64,000 nucleotides of DNA from assembly GCF_006345805.1 (NCBI RefSeq), contig NC_043013.1, positions 15,376,001 through 15,440,000 on the forward strand. The letters are read 5' to 3'. The position numbers and the translations under genes were made by a program. Each line of letters begins with the position of its first letter. Within the stretch, counting starts at the first letter, position 1. Below, piece after piece: positions 52,120 through 63,943 of the stretch. The notes beneath the pieces are model-generated. The model was not told where the DNA came from, did no database searches, and saw nothing but the letters and a program-made list of their open reading frames with translations. This stretch comes from Octopus sinensis (Eukaryota).

Positions 52120-52215
52120 GAATACATGCAATGTGTAACTGCTGTGGATGGTCAGTGGCTAGCAGAGATGGGACCAATGTTTTATACAATTAAGGACTCG
52201 ACAAAGTCAAGACAG
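52120..52215 (+). CDS. DHX38: DHX38/PRP16 exon [33 protein letters not shown]
   Basis: ttacag acceptor, GTCAGT donor; 96 nt, phase 0-0. Matches PRP16 [22 protein letters not shown]. Confidence 0.96.
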
Positions 52216-52631
52216 GTCAGTCAAATTTCTGTCATTACTTCACTAATCTTCCTATAATCCCTTACCATCTTACTAACCAAACCAAACCAAACCTGCTCAG
52301 ATAATTTAGATTTTGATAATTTTAGCTTTGGTCCTTGTTTTGGGTGCACCTACACAAACTAATCCTGACATGGTCCACCTAGGGTTTCTCAGGTAGGTAT
52401 GTTTACAACTGGATTAAAACCAAAGAGGTTGAAATCTCAGTGTGAGATATATATATATATATGAATTTTTTGTGTAATGAGATAAAAAAAAACCAAGGCT
52501 GTATAGATATTAGAGCATTTATAGATAGGTCTTACAGCTGTTTCTAGAATATTAATTAATTACAATATCCCTTCATAGTTAGTTTCGAAGTGATATAAAT
52601 AGACAGTGAGGTGGAGGTATATATATATATA

Positions 52632-53697
52632 TACAGGTTGCAAAGAGTAAATTGTCGTCTAAATTAGGCAAAAATGAAAATAACACTAACATCTCACTTT
52701 AACAGATATATTTACCAAAATTACATAAAAATATCTTGAAATACTAAAGAGTAAATATATTTAATAAAATTGCCATTGGCTTCAACCACGGCTTCCAGAC
52801 CACTTCGGGATCTGCTGCTACTCTTTTGGACAGTCTCCTTGTTTAAGTTGATGAATGCTGCCGTAATCCTTGTCTTCAGTTCATCTTTGGTGCTACAAGT
52901 TTTGTTAGCCTCTCATTCAATTGCGCCCACACATAATAATCAAGGGGGGTAAACCTTGCCAGATCAGATTGGAGCTTGGTGCAGCCTCCTGGCTTGCCAG
53001 TCCTCAGTCAGACTGTTCAACCCATGCCAGAATAGAAAGCAGACATTCAATGATGATGATGTTTCAATCTGGGGAGTTAGGTGGCCAGATGTTAGGGGTG
53101 TTGTGATTGGAGAAATTGTCAGAAAACTCACACTGATCATTCTGATAGGAAAAGAACTCCTTATACCTACATTCATCTTTCCACACGGCTTCAGTCTCAA
53201 CACAAAGGCCTACATCAAGTGCCTGGAGGAGAGAGTGCTGCCCTGGGTCAAGAGGGTGGCTGCTGGAAGACCCTATGTCTGGCAACAAGACACTGTACCA
53301 TACCACACAAGCAGGAGAATCCAGTCATGACTCTCCACATTGACAAAAACTCTGTTGTTTTGTGCCTCGTAAAAAGCACCCAGTTCATGTCCAAAAGTGG
53401 TTGACATTAGAAAGAGCATCCTGTCATAGAAACCATGTCAAATCAGACCTTGCAGGTGCTGGTGCCACATAAAAAGCCCCTAGTCCACTCTGTAAAGGGG
53501 TTGGTAATAGGAAGGGAATCCAGTTGCAAAAATAAATAGTAGAGTATGGTGCAATCTTCTGACTTGTCAGCTCCTGTCAAACTGTCCAACCCATGTCAGC
53601 ATGGAAAGCGAATACTAAATGATGAGGATGATGGTACTGATGAAATTGTGTGTGTGTGTCTGACTAAAGCAAGTATAGGATGTTACACAAGCACTCA
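52632..53697. mobile_element. Rearranged DD37D/RTE composite: minus-orientation 3' part (52632-53118) joined to an inverted copy of 47591-48179
   Basis: Direct visual alignment to 46527-46900 and to the reverse complement of 47591-48179. Confidence 0.82.
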
Positions 53698-54961
53698 GCT
53701 CTGAGTGCACTGCTTCTTATAGTGGAAACATATGTTAGCTAATGAAAGTAGTTAACCTAACTACTTTCTTTTCTTATTAATTAATTGATATTAAGCTCTG
53801 TAGTTACATGATGCTTTTTTCGTACATATATATATACTAAGTACTAACAGCTGGATATCAATATTGCTATGCCTATATATATATAAAATTATAAATTAGA
53901 GATAAAACCTCTATTATGCAACTCAAACAGTGATAGACATAAACCAAAACATAAATAACCAATATATATATTGGTTATTTATGTAATGTGCATTGTCCGT
54001 TTAATTGGGAAATTCTATATGTGGCTGAAGATTGCTCAACATTTTAAAACTGATGTAATACTTACAGTGTTTAATAAAATGAAGTAGCATGAAACAATTG
54101 TACTATTCTACCTTGGATATCCTTGTTGCTTATTTTGATTTTATATATATATATATATATATATTTATATGCTTGCACGCACACACACATGCACTGTTAG
54201 GTAGTTGGTATTAAGTAGGGCATCCTTCTGCTGAAAACTGGAGCTTTATGCAGTGCTTTGACTTGCTGGATCCTGTCAAACCATCCAACCCATGTCAATA
54301 TGGAAAACAGAGGTTAAATAATTACAGTGGTGATGATGATGTATTACCACACTATTGAATTTCTCGTCTGAAATTTTCAGCAAATGCAAACATATGGGCA
54401 AATTTCTTTTGAGGAATTGAAGGGCACCACTCTCTCCGGATTGAGTAGCTATTTCACAGACTTTGATCCTCTCTCTCTCTGTTGACTTATTCTACAACTA
54501 CCCAAATTATATTAGTCAAAGGGGATGTAACTCTAATTTTCTTCTTTTCTTTTTCCATTTTTATTCACCTTTCCACTTTTTGTATCTACCTTTCTCTCAA
54601 GATTTCTCTTGTATCAGCATCCAGTTTTGTAATTTGAATAGACCACGTGCTCAGAGCACAAGGCATGTTCTGAATCAACCAACTCAGACCTGTAATCTAC
54701 TGCAATCAACTCTTAGTAGCTCACATCTTTATACTGTATACACTTGGCATACTTTCCATGCTGGAATGGGTTGGATAGTTTAAAAATGGAACTGATGAGC
54801 AAGAGGACGGCACTGCGCTCCTGTGTATGCTTTGGCATGGTTTCTATGGCTGGATGCTTTTCCTAACACCCAACCATTTTACAGGGGGTACTGGGTACTT
54901 TTACTGTGGCACCAACACTAGTGAGCCCACCAAATAACTTGCTAGACAAGACTCCCTCATA

Positions 54962-55175
54962 CATCATCATCATCGTTTAATGTCCGTTTTCCATGCTAGC
55001 ATGGGATGGATGGTTCATCCGGGGTCTGAAAAGCCAGGTGGTTACACCAAGCTCCAATCTTGATCTGGCAGTGTTTCTACAGCTGGATGCCCTTCCTAAC
55101 GCCAACCACTCCAAGAGTGTAGTGGGTGCTTTTTACGTGCCACCGGCCCAGGTAACACAACTACAATTTCCATTT
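54962..55175 (-). mobile_element. RTE 3'-end repeat
   Basis: Family consensus. Confidence 0.8.
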
Positions 55176-55339
55176 GATTCTTTGATGTTGTTCAATAAAA
55201 CAAGCACCAGTTGAACACTGGGGTTGATGTAATCAGCTTACCCCACCCTAGAAAATTGTTGGTTTTGAACCACAATATGAAACCATTACTGTTGTTATTG
55301 TTTTTTTTATTACCATTCTGTTATTAATTATCATTACAG

Positions 55340-55458
55340 GATCGTAAGAAACAGGTGAAGGAAGAGATGACAGCAATGGAAGATGAGATGAAAAGAGCTG
55401 ATGAACTGATCAAAGCCAGGAAGGAGCAACAAGAACGGTCTGCCCTTGGTTCTAAAAG
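55340..55458 (+). CDS. DHX38: DHX38/PRP16 exon F (C-terminal helical segment), DRKKQVKEEMTAMEDEMKRADELIKARKEQQERSALGSK(R)
   Basis: ttacag acceptor, GTAACC donor; 119 nt, phase 0 to 2. Aligns by eye to the PRP16 C-terminus ([26 protein letters not shown]). Confidence 0.9.
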
Positions 55459-55925
55459 GTAACCGTGGCAACAACTGTGTTGTGTCTGTCAACACATTAA
55501 ACATCTTTTTCTTTTCTTTTTTTTTCTTGTCTTTTTCTTGTTTCAGTCATTTGACTCTGGCCATGCTGGAGTACTTCCCTGAAGAGTGTAGATGAACAAA
55601 TTGTTCCCAGTACATTTTTCTTTTTTTTTTTTGAACTTGGTAGGTATTCTGTCAAGTTCTTTTGCCGAACCACTAGGCTGCAGGGATGTAGACAAACCAA
55701 TAGTGGTTATCAAGCAGTGAGGGAACATTTACAAACATAAAGACATACATATGTACATACATACATACATACATCATACATACATACATACAAAGAGCTC
55801 CACTTGAAACGTAAAACCCTCCTTCCCTTCCTTCCTGAGCATCCAATAATACTATATTTGTTCCATGTCCTCGCGTTGTTGTGTTTTCTCTTTGTGTTTT
55901 CATGTTAGGATTAACTTTATATATA

Positions 55926-55968
<43 letters not shown>

Positions 55969-56224
55969 ATTGTTATATTGTTAGTCAACCTTGACCCAAC
56001 TGAACTAGGATCAGAGGTATTCCAGTTCCAACTGTTATCACAATGTCTAATTTATACAGTGTATCCATGTGATCTTCCTTTTTGAAGAGAGTAGGGCATA
56101 GTCTGAAGCTGTTTTCACTGTTATTATCAGCAGGTATGAATGTAGAAAGATAGAAGTCCTGTGTTGTCAGCTTTCTACCACATCTCAAATATATATATAT
56201 ATATTATATATATATATATATATA

Positions 56225-56562
56225 TCATCATCATTTAACGTCTGCTTTCCATGCTAGCATGGGTTGGACGATTTTGACTGAAAACTGGTGAACCAGATGG
56301 CTGCACCAGGCTCCAATCTCATCTGGCAGAGTTTCTACAGCTGGATGCCCTTCCTAACGCCAACCACTCTGAGAGTGTAGTGAGAGCTTTTACGTGCCAC
56401 CAGCACGAGGGCTAGACTGGCGGTACTGGCAACGGCCATGCTCAAATGGTGATTTTTACGTGCCACCTGCACAGGAGTCAGTCCAGCGACACTGGTAATG
56501 ACCTCGCTCGAATGTTTTGTTCACGTGCCACCAGCACAAATGCTAGTAAGGTGACGCTGGTA
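56225..56562 (-). mobile_element. RTE 3'-end repeat
   Basis: Family consensus. Confidence 0.82.
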
Positions 56563-57099
56563 TGTATATGTAAGATGGAGACGAACATTGATGTTCCATG
56601 TAGCAGATTTCATAATTGTTATGAGATTTCTCTTAACATGAAACCGTTGGTAGCCTTAACCCATAAAAAAATAACTTTTATCCACCAATGCAGTATTGAG
56701 CACTCATTCTCATTGTTTCATATAACCATATATGAATATATATGGGTAATAATAATATTAGTCTGAAGAAATGACTGAATTGTTCTTTTATATGCACATA
56801 TCGAAAGTCTTCAAATCTTCCAATGAAATGAAATGGAATAAAATAAAATAAAAATAAGTGAAATAAAGGAGAATATTTGCATTATTACATTTAAGAATTT
56901 TTTCATCTCACTCTTGAGACTGCCCCTTAGTGGGAGAAGCATTCTCAATATAAATATTCTACTTTATTTTGCTTTATTTTATTTTATTTTATTTTCCTTC
57001 ATTTCTTTGGAAAAACTGAAGACTTTTTGTATTGATATATAAATAAACTTCCAGAACAATTCCATCTGACTAACTTTATTATTATTACCAATATTATTA

Positions 57100-57315
57100 C
57101 CAGCCTCGTCTGGCACCTGTGTCGGTGGCACATAAAATCACCCACTACACTCTCGGAGTGGTTGGCGTTAGTAAGGGCATCCAGCTGTAGAAACACTGCC
57201 AGATCTGACTGGCCTGGTGCAGCCTTCGGGCTTCCCAGACCCCAGTTGAACCGTCCAACCCATGCTAGCATGGAAAGCGGATGTTAAACGATGATGATGA
57301 TGATGATGATGATGA
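57100..57315 (+). mobile_element. RTE 3'-end repeat
   Basis: Family consensus with (GAT)n tail. Confidence 0.85.
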
Positions 57316-58039
57316 ATATAATATTCTGTACCCTACCAATAATGTTTTATTTCTATATAAATGTGTGTATGTATGTATGTATGTATGTATGTATGTATGT
57401 ATGTATGTGTGTGTGTGTGTAGGTTGTGTGGATTAGAAGCTTACTTTGCAATCAAATGGTTTTGAGTTTTGTTCTGTTGTATGGCATCTTGGACTAGTGC
57501 TTTCTTCTATAGCTCTAGACTGACCAGTGCCTTGTGAGTGAATGTGGAAAACTGCCTTGTATGTGTTTGTGTGTGTGTTTATGTTTATCCTTCCAGCTGC
57601 TTGACAACTGATGTTGGTTTGTTTACATTCCTGTAAAGTTGTGGTTCAGCAAAAGAGACCTATAGAGTAAGTACCAGACTTGAAGTGTAATAAGCACTAG
57701 TATAAATTTGTTTAGCTACATTCTTCAAAGCAGTGCCCCAGCATGGCTCTTAATAGTTTCATGCTTTTATGATACTTTAGCTAGGCATATTCATAAAATA
57801 CATCATGTATTTCCAAGTAATCTTTCGGGCTCTATTTCTGTGTTATGTATATTTTAAAAACAAGGATGCTGGACAGTGAGAAAATATGAAAAAAATGTGA
57901 AAAAAACTTGAAGGTTGATGCAAAAAATGGAACAAGAAGAAAGAAATGAGATCAAGAAAACTAAGATCCCCGTCCTCCCTAATTGCACAAATCTCAATTA
58001 AAACAGCTGGTATAGAACAAAGTAAGAAAATATGTCAAA

Positions 58040-58980
58040 GTCTGTGAGACAGCAATTCAGTCTGGAGTGGGTAGTGTCCTCCAATTTCGTAAAAGAAAAT
58101 TGATCATATGTTTACACCTGCTAAAAATTTCAGATCTAGAATTAAGCAGTGTATTGGAATTATTGGATATAAGAAGAATACAAGATCTTTCTGCTATGCA
58201 CAAGTTGCATTTCTTAGATCCATTGACATAGGAGTTAGATTTCTCCACAATTCTCCCCTTAATTGTATGTGATATGGAGCTGCTCTTCAAATTTCATATA
58301 TGGCTAGCCAACTTAGCGGCATTACTTTTGTTGATGTGCCAGATGGGTGGTTTGTATAATGTTTTTTGAATTCACCTTTACATAACCAGATGTAATTTTT
58401 CTTTTCAATTGATTTATCTTGAAGTATTGCTCTCACTTCTGCCTCATATATGATTAAGTTTATTGTATATGCCTGGTGAAGTGGGCAAGTTTCAGGGTCT
58501 CAACAGTTACAACTGGGAGTGGGCTTTTGATGATTCTTATGAGTTATAGTGTTCTTCATATTGGAGCAGTAGATGCATGATATTTTAATTGAGCATCTGT
58601 TAAAAATTTTCCTGGAGCTATGGTTTATTGGGGAATGTTTGTCTAAAAGTGTTGGGTATTTCTTACCTATGTTAGTCTTAACATTTAGGGAGAAAGAAGG
58701 GGCAGAACAAATTATTTTCTGACATCTATTTTAGCTCTATTTTCACAATTCATATTTTTACTTGAAGAGTTGTGTAATATACCTTATCTTTGAAGCTGCT
58801 GTTAGCTAGGCTTTGTTATATTAGGGGGCTGCCTTATCAAATATTTGTTTAGAAGATAGATTTGATATCCTGTTACTAATGTTAGCAGGTTTTTAAAGAC
58901 TATAGTTGGGTGACATGACTGTTTTTTTTTATATATATATGTATAGGAGTTTCTTGTTTGGCTTGAGAGTTTAAATCTAG
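58040..58980 (-). mobile_element. Penelope-like element, linker and GIY-YIG endonuclease region (pseudogenised)
   Basis: Reads PSFSLNVKTNIGKK..LLDKH.P...KIFNR..., CNC.DPETCPL...IIYEAEV...KNYIWLCKGEFKK.Y.NH..., KCNLCIAE...LLNSRSEIFSRCKH, the PLE GIY-YIG signature. Confidence 0.85.
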
Positions 58981-60256
58981 GGAAACAAAAAATTGACTAT
59001 ATATATGTAATGCTATAAATAAAAACCACAAATCTTGTTAGATACAGTTACTCATAGTTTCCTGGTTGAAATATTAATTTATTTTGCCATTTTTCAAGCT
59101 GAGTACAAGACCATGTCAGTTGTCTTATGAGCAGACGATGTTTGAACAAGAGACACTGGTAAGGAAGAACAGAAGAACAACACAAGGGAGATAATCAATG
59201 TTACACGAATTCAATGTCAAGCAGATGTAAACAAGTTGTTTATGGTTTGCTAAGTGTCTGGTGGTCTACTTTTAAATTCCGACAAGATGTATTTCTTGAA
59301 ATCATCATCATCATCATCATCGTTTAACATCCGTTTTCCATGCTAGCATGGGTTGGATGGTTTGACTGGGATCTGGGAAGCCAGGAGGCTGCACCAGGCT
59401 CCAGTCCGATCTGGCAATGTTTCTACTGCTGGATGCCCTTCTTAACACCAACCACTCTGTGTTTTTGTTTGCAGTTCTCAAGTTCTTTAATAGAAAAATA
59501 GTTTTGCAAGAGAACATTCTGAACAATTTTGGACCTGTTAATATTGGGTCTGGCTTTCAGGAGGATTTTCCATTTCATGTTCCATCTTTAAGCTTCCAGA
59601 TTAAAGCCAAAAGGGTCATTGAATGTCTCTTATTATGGTCCCTAAAATTGGAAACCCTGGATAGCTGTATCTAACAAGATTTGTGGTTTTCGTTATAGCA
59701 TTATCTTTACTCCCTTTGGCTGATTGAATACTTTTCTACTTGTTAAAGCTTTGCTACATAATTATGTTTATTATTTATGTCAGAAGAATTTCTAAACTTG
59801 TACCCGTGAATCTCTAAGTAAATAAGGCTATAATAATGCTATATGTACATGTTATTATTTATAGCTTTATCTATTTCGAGTTCGATAGTTAATAAGAGAA
59901 ACTAATGATACAGAACATGGAGACTTGTTCATCCTCAAACTTTATTTTTGTTTATTTTATTATTTTATACAGCATATTTTCATGGTCTTTATGACCTACA
60001 CGTGTTTCACTGCACAGATTATGGCCAGTTGCAGATGTAACTTGGCACAATTTTCAGTGCAGTGACCTCGTGTGTACCGTTGGCGATTTTTTTCGTCTGT
60101 CTTCCCTTCTCCTATATTTTCGACGAAGAGCTCCGCTCGAAACGTTAAACCCTCCGTCTTTCCTTCTTTCCACGTCCTCGCGTTGTTGTGTTTTTTTGTG
60201 CTTTCTTGTTTGAATTAACTATATATATATATATATATTATATATATATATATATA

Positions 60257-60300
60257 CTAGCTTAAGGTGACCCGCTCTATGCGCGGGTAAGAGTGTGGTT
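60257..60300 (-). mobile_element. Helitron-like 3' terminus, third family
   Basis: (TA)n-ACTAG followed by a CCCGC...GCGGG hairpin; the far end is not identified. Confidence 0.5.
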
Positions 60301-60629
60301 GTTACTTTCTATTGCTTCCTTTCTGCTTTTTATCACCACTTTCTCTCTCACTTTCCCACTCTCTTACTCTTCATTTCTCTCGGACTCTCCCTCGCTTTCT
60401 CTTACTCTCTGTCTTTCTCTACCTATCTCTCTCCCATTTATAAACAACAAATGATCTTGAGTAAGTTGAGAAAGAAAATATTTTGAAAGATCAATCATAA
60501 ATATCAGGCAGTGACAACAGAAAGGTCTGCTTCAAGGCAGACAGCAAAACACTAACATTTAAAAGGGACAGACAAACTTGCGAGCTGAATAAAAATAAAA
60601 AATATTGGAAACGTAGAGAGAGAGAGAGA

Positions 60630-61177
60630 GTGCCGATTTATAGTAGCTCACCTTTCGACTTATTTTAGAACATGGTTGAGTTCATAAAATAGGATTTGAT
60701 TATACCTCCATTTAGAGAACAGTTTAAGCTATCTTTTCGTGGAAGAAGGTTTATGTTCCTATAACGTGTGTTAATTCTGTAACCCTTTAAAATGGAAGAT
60801 AAGAAAGTTCATTTTCGGCACTTGATGCTTTGGGAACCATACAAAAATTGCTACAGCTCAGCTGGGATGTGTAACCCCACCCACCATATTCACCAGATAT
60901 TGCTCCTTCGGATTTTCACTTATTCAGGTCTCTGCAGAATAGTCTTAATGGTAAAAATTTCAATTCCTTGGATGACGTAAAAAGATACCTTGATGAATTC
61001 TTTGCCATGAAACCACCTCAATTCTGGGAAGAGGGTATTTTCAAGTTAAAGGAAAGATGGAGACGCATTGTGCAACAAAATGGTTCATATTTGGTTGATT
61101 AAAAATGTAATAGCAAGTATTTATTGACCTTTTTCTTTCCTTTAAAAACTGGCACAAACTTTCTGGACAACCCAATA
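60630..61177 (+). mobile_element. Internally deleted mariner (second family)
   Basis: MEDKKVHFRHLMLWE fused to PHPPYSPDIAPSDFHLFRSLQN...WRRIVQQNGSYLVD*; right TIR ggcacaaactttctggacaacccaata, left TIR truncated. Confidence 0.85.
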
Positions 61178-61205
61178 CATATATTATTTTCTCTTTTCAT
61201 TACAG

Positions 61206-61287
61206 GTCAAATATTGCTACCCCAGGGAGAGTAGATCCAGCAACTCCTTGGTCAAATAGGAAATCATCCGGGAAATTTGGCCTGTGA
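61206..61287 (+). CDS. DHX38: DHX38/PRP16 terminal coding exon G, (R)SNIATPGRVDPATPWSNRKSSGKFGL*
   Basis: ttacag acceptor; phase 2 completes AGG from exon F; TGA stop at 61285-61287. The TPGR...FGL* ending is typical of PRP16 orthologues. Exons A-G total 762 nt = 254 codons. Confidence 0.92.
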
Positions 61288-61354
61288 ATACAGCATTCGT
61301 GTGAGAGGAGCAGGAAGATTAGGTGTTTTGTAAATAATTTATGAAATTGTTTCT

Positions 61355-61360
61355 AATAAA
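61355..61360 (+). terminator. Candidate polyadenylation signal of DHX38
   Basis: AATAAA 68 nt after the stop codon, followed by U/GU-rich sequence (tttattttcatttttgttttgg). Confidence 0.6.
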
Positions 61361-61849
61361 TTTGTTGAAAATTTATTTTCATTTTTGTTTTGGTTCTTTC
61401 AGTTACACTGTGATGGACTAAATGGTTATTATTTAGTTTAGGAGAAATCAATGAAGTTGATTACTGAGGGGCACCATCTGCATGAAAAGGTAATGGTGAA
61501 GAACTAACATATTTCATGTTGTCAGCAGCAAAAACCTAATTAGAAATAATTATGTTGGCTGTGCAGTCAAGAAGTTTGTTTCCCATCTACATGATTTTGG
61601 GTTCAATCCCGCTGCGTGACATCTGCACAGAATATTTTCAACTATAGCTCAGGTTGACCAAAGTTGTGTGAATGGATTTTGTAGACAGAATCAGCTGAAA
61701 GAAGCCCATTGTATATGTGTGTGTATCATTTTGAATCTGGGTTTTGTCCCCGTCAACAGGGGTGGCCATATCTACCTCAGTCAAATTGTCCAACCCATGC
61801 TAGCATGGAAAGCGGATGTTAAACAATGATGATGATATATATATATAGA

Positions 61850-62148
61850 GAGCACGTAAAAGAACCATCTGAACATGGCCGTTGCCAGCCTCGCCTGGCC
61901 CCCGTGTCGGTGGCACATAAAAATCACCATCCGTTCGTGGCCATTTGCCAGCCTCGTCTGGCACCTGTGTTGGTGGCACGTAAAAAGCACCCACTACACT
62001 CACGGAGTGGTTGGCGTTAGGAAGGGCATCCAGCCGTAGAAACATTGCCAGATCAGACTGGGCCTGGTGCAGCCTCCTGGTTTCCCAGACCCCAGTTGAA
62101 CCGTCCAACCCATGCTAGCATGGAAAGCGGATGCTAAACGATGATGAT
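61850..62148 (+). mobile_element. RTE 3'-end repeat (additional partial tails at 61780-61835 and 62295-62450)
   Basis: Family consensus with (GAT)n tail. Confidence 0.85.
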
Positions 62149-62190
<42 letters not shown>

Positions 62191-62532
62191 TAAATATTTG
62201 TTGCGCTAAACTGGCAATATGACCATTGCGAAATATAACAATATATATATATATATATACAACATACATATATATATATATTTATGCATACACACATCAT
62301 CATTTAGCATCCACTTTCCATGCTGGCATGGGTTAGCTGGTTTGACTGGAATTGGCAGGCTAGAGAGCTGCACCAAGTTCCAGTTTGCTTTTGAACCGTC
62401 CAACCATGCTAGCATGGAAAGCGGATGCTAAACGATGATGATGATGATTATGATGATATACATATATTGATAGAAATGGTAAGACAACAAAAGAATGAAA
62501 GAGACCTCGCTATTATGTAAATAGAGGAATTT

Positions 62533-62790
62533 ATCTGTAAATGTAATATGTGACAATTATTTGGTAGATATGATAAAACTCCGAGTTTCAGATGTCTGGG
62601 TAGAAAACCACGCCGCCATCTCTTCAGTTATCCGACCATTGGAAAAAAATGCTATGAAATGGATTTTCATAGCGTTTTTTCCACTGGCCAGATAACTTAA
62701 GAGATGGTGGCATGGATTTCCACCCCAACATCCGAAACTCAGAGTTTTATCATGGCTACCAAATAATTGTCACATATTACATTTACAGAT
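62533..62790. repeat. 258-bp imperfect fold-back (palindromic) element
   Basis: The left ~127 nt is the reverse complement of the right ~127 nt (atctgtaaatgtaatatgtgacaattatttggtag ... ctaccaaataattgtcacatattacatttacagat). Confidence 0.88.
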
Positions 62791-63159
62791 ATATATATAT
62801 ATATAAATAAATAAAAACAATGCATATATATGTACATATATGTACGTACCAACCTCTACATGTACATATACATGCATATATGAGTACAGGACACCAAAAA
62901 AACGTCGAACACAATGAGAAACGAAAACATAGACACAAACCCAAGGAACTGGACATTTTTTTAAACAACAAAAAAAAATAGAGTACAGGACAATTAACAC
63001 AAAGAAAAAAACATTTCTTCAGTCGCCATGGTTTCATCTACTCTACGTTTCGAAGGTGAAGGCAAGACGTATCTTCGAATAAGAAACTTTCCTTCCTGCG
63101 AAAAGCAAATCAATTAAAATTTGAGATCTTTTTGCAGAGGGGTAAAAATGGTAACAAAA

Positions 63160-63195
<36 letters not shown>

Positions 63196-63256
63196 AAACA
63201 CATATATGGTGCCCGAAGCGGTGCTCCAGCATGGCTACAGTACTGCAACAAGTAAA

Positions 63257-63312
<56 letters not shown>

Positions 63313-63674
63313 TTTATATATATATAGATTCAGATAAATATGGTACTTAGGTTGAGGCACCAGAATTTAGTACAGCATTATCAAGCAAAATCTGTAACAA
63401 GTCTTTCTTTCTGATACCTTAGTAGCTTCTAAGCTGAAGTGAAGACAGCATATTCTTTGTCTGTCTCCTTACCTTCTTGGAGATTTTAGGTAAAGTTATA
63501 CTAATGTGTCCATCTGTTCTAATTTAATTAAATTCTATGTCATTGTGCAGCTGAGGATTGCTCTGCATTTTAAATTGATGTCATGATTGCATTGTTGAAG
63601 TAAGTGGAGTTGATTGAAATTATCGTACTGGATATCCTTGTTGCTTATTTTAATATATATTTATATATATATAT

Positions 63675-63906
63675 ATTTCTTTACTACCCACAAGGGGCTA
63701 AACATAGAGGGGACAAACAAGGGCAGACAAAGGGATTAAGTCGATTCCATCGACCCCAGTGCGTAACTGGTACTTAATTTATCGACCCCGAAAGGATGAA
63801 AGGCAAAGTCAACCTCGGCGGAATTTGAACTCAGAACGTAACGGCAGACGAAATATGGCTACGCATTTCGCCCGGCGTGCTACCGTTTCTGCCAGCTCGC
63901 CACCTT
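63675..63906 (-). mobile_element. SINE family S2, young copy
   Basis: Reverse-complement S2 with intact CpGs. Confidence 0.87.
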
Positions 63907-63943
63907 CTGCCAGCTCGCTAGTATATATATTTATATATATATA

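Noticed and set aside
59985-60072. Minus-strand CACTGCAC...GTGCAGTG-AAACACGTGTAGGTC hammerhead-like 3' half
   Set aside because: The 5' core and the stem I partner are absent; at best an unrecoverable remnant.
63020-63075. Minus-strand GAAG...CTTC-GAAACGTA hammerhead-like half
   Set aside because: No CUGANGA and no stem I partner upstream.
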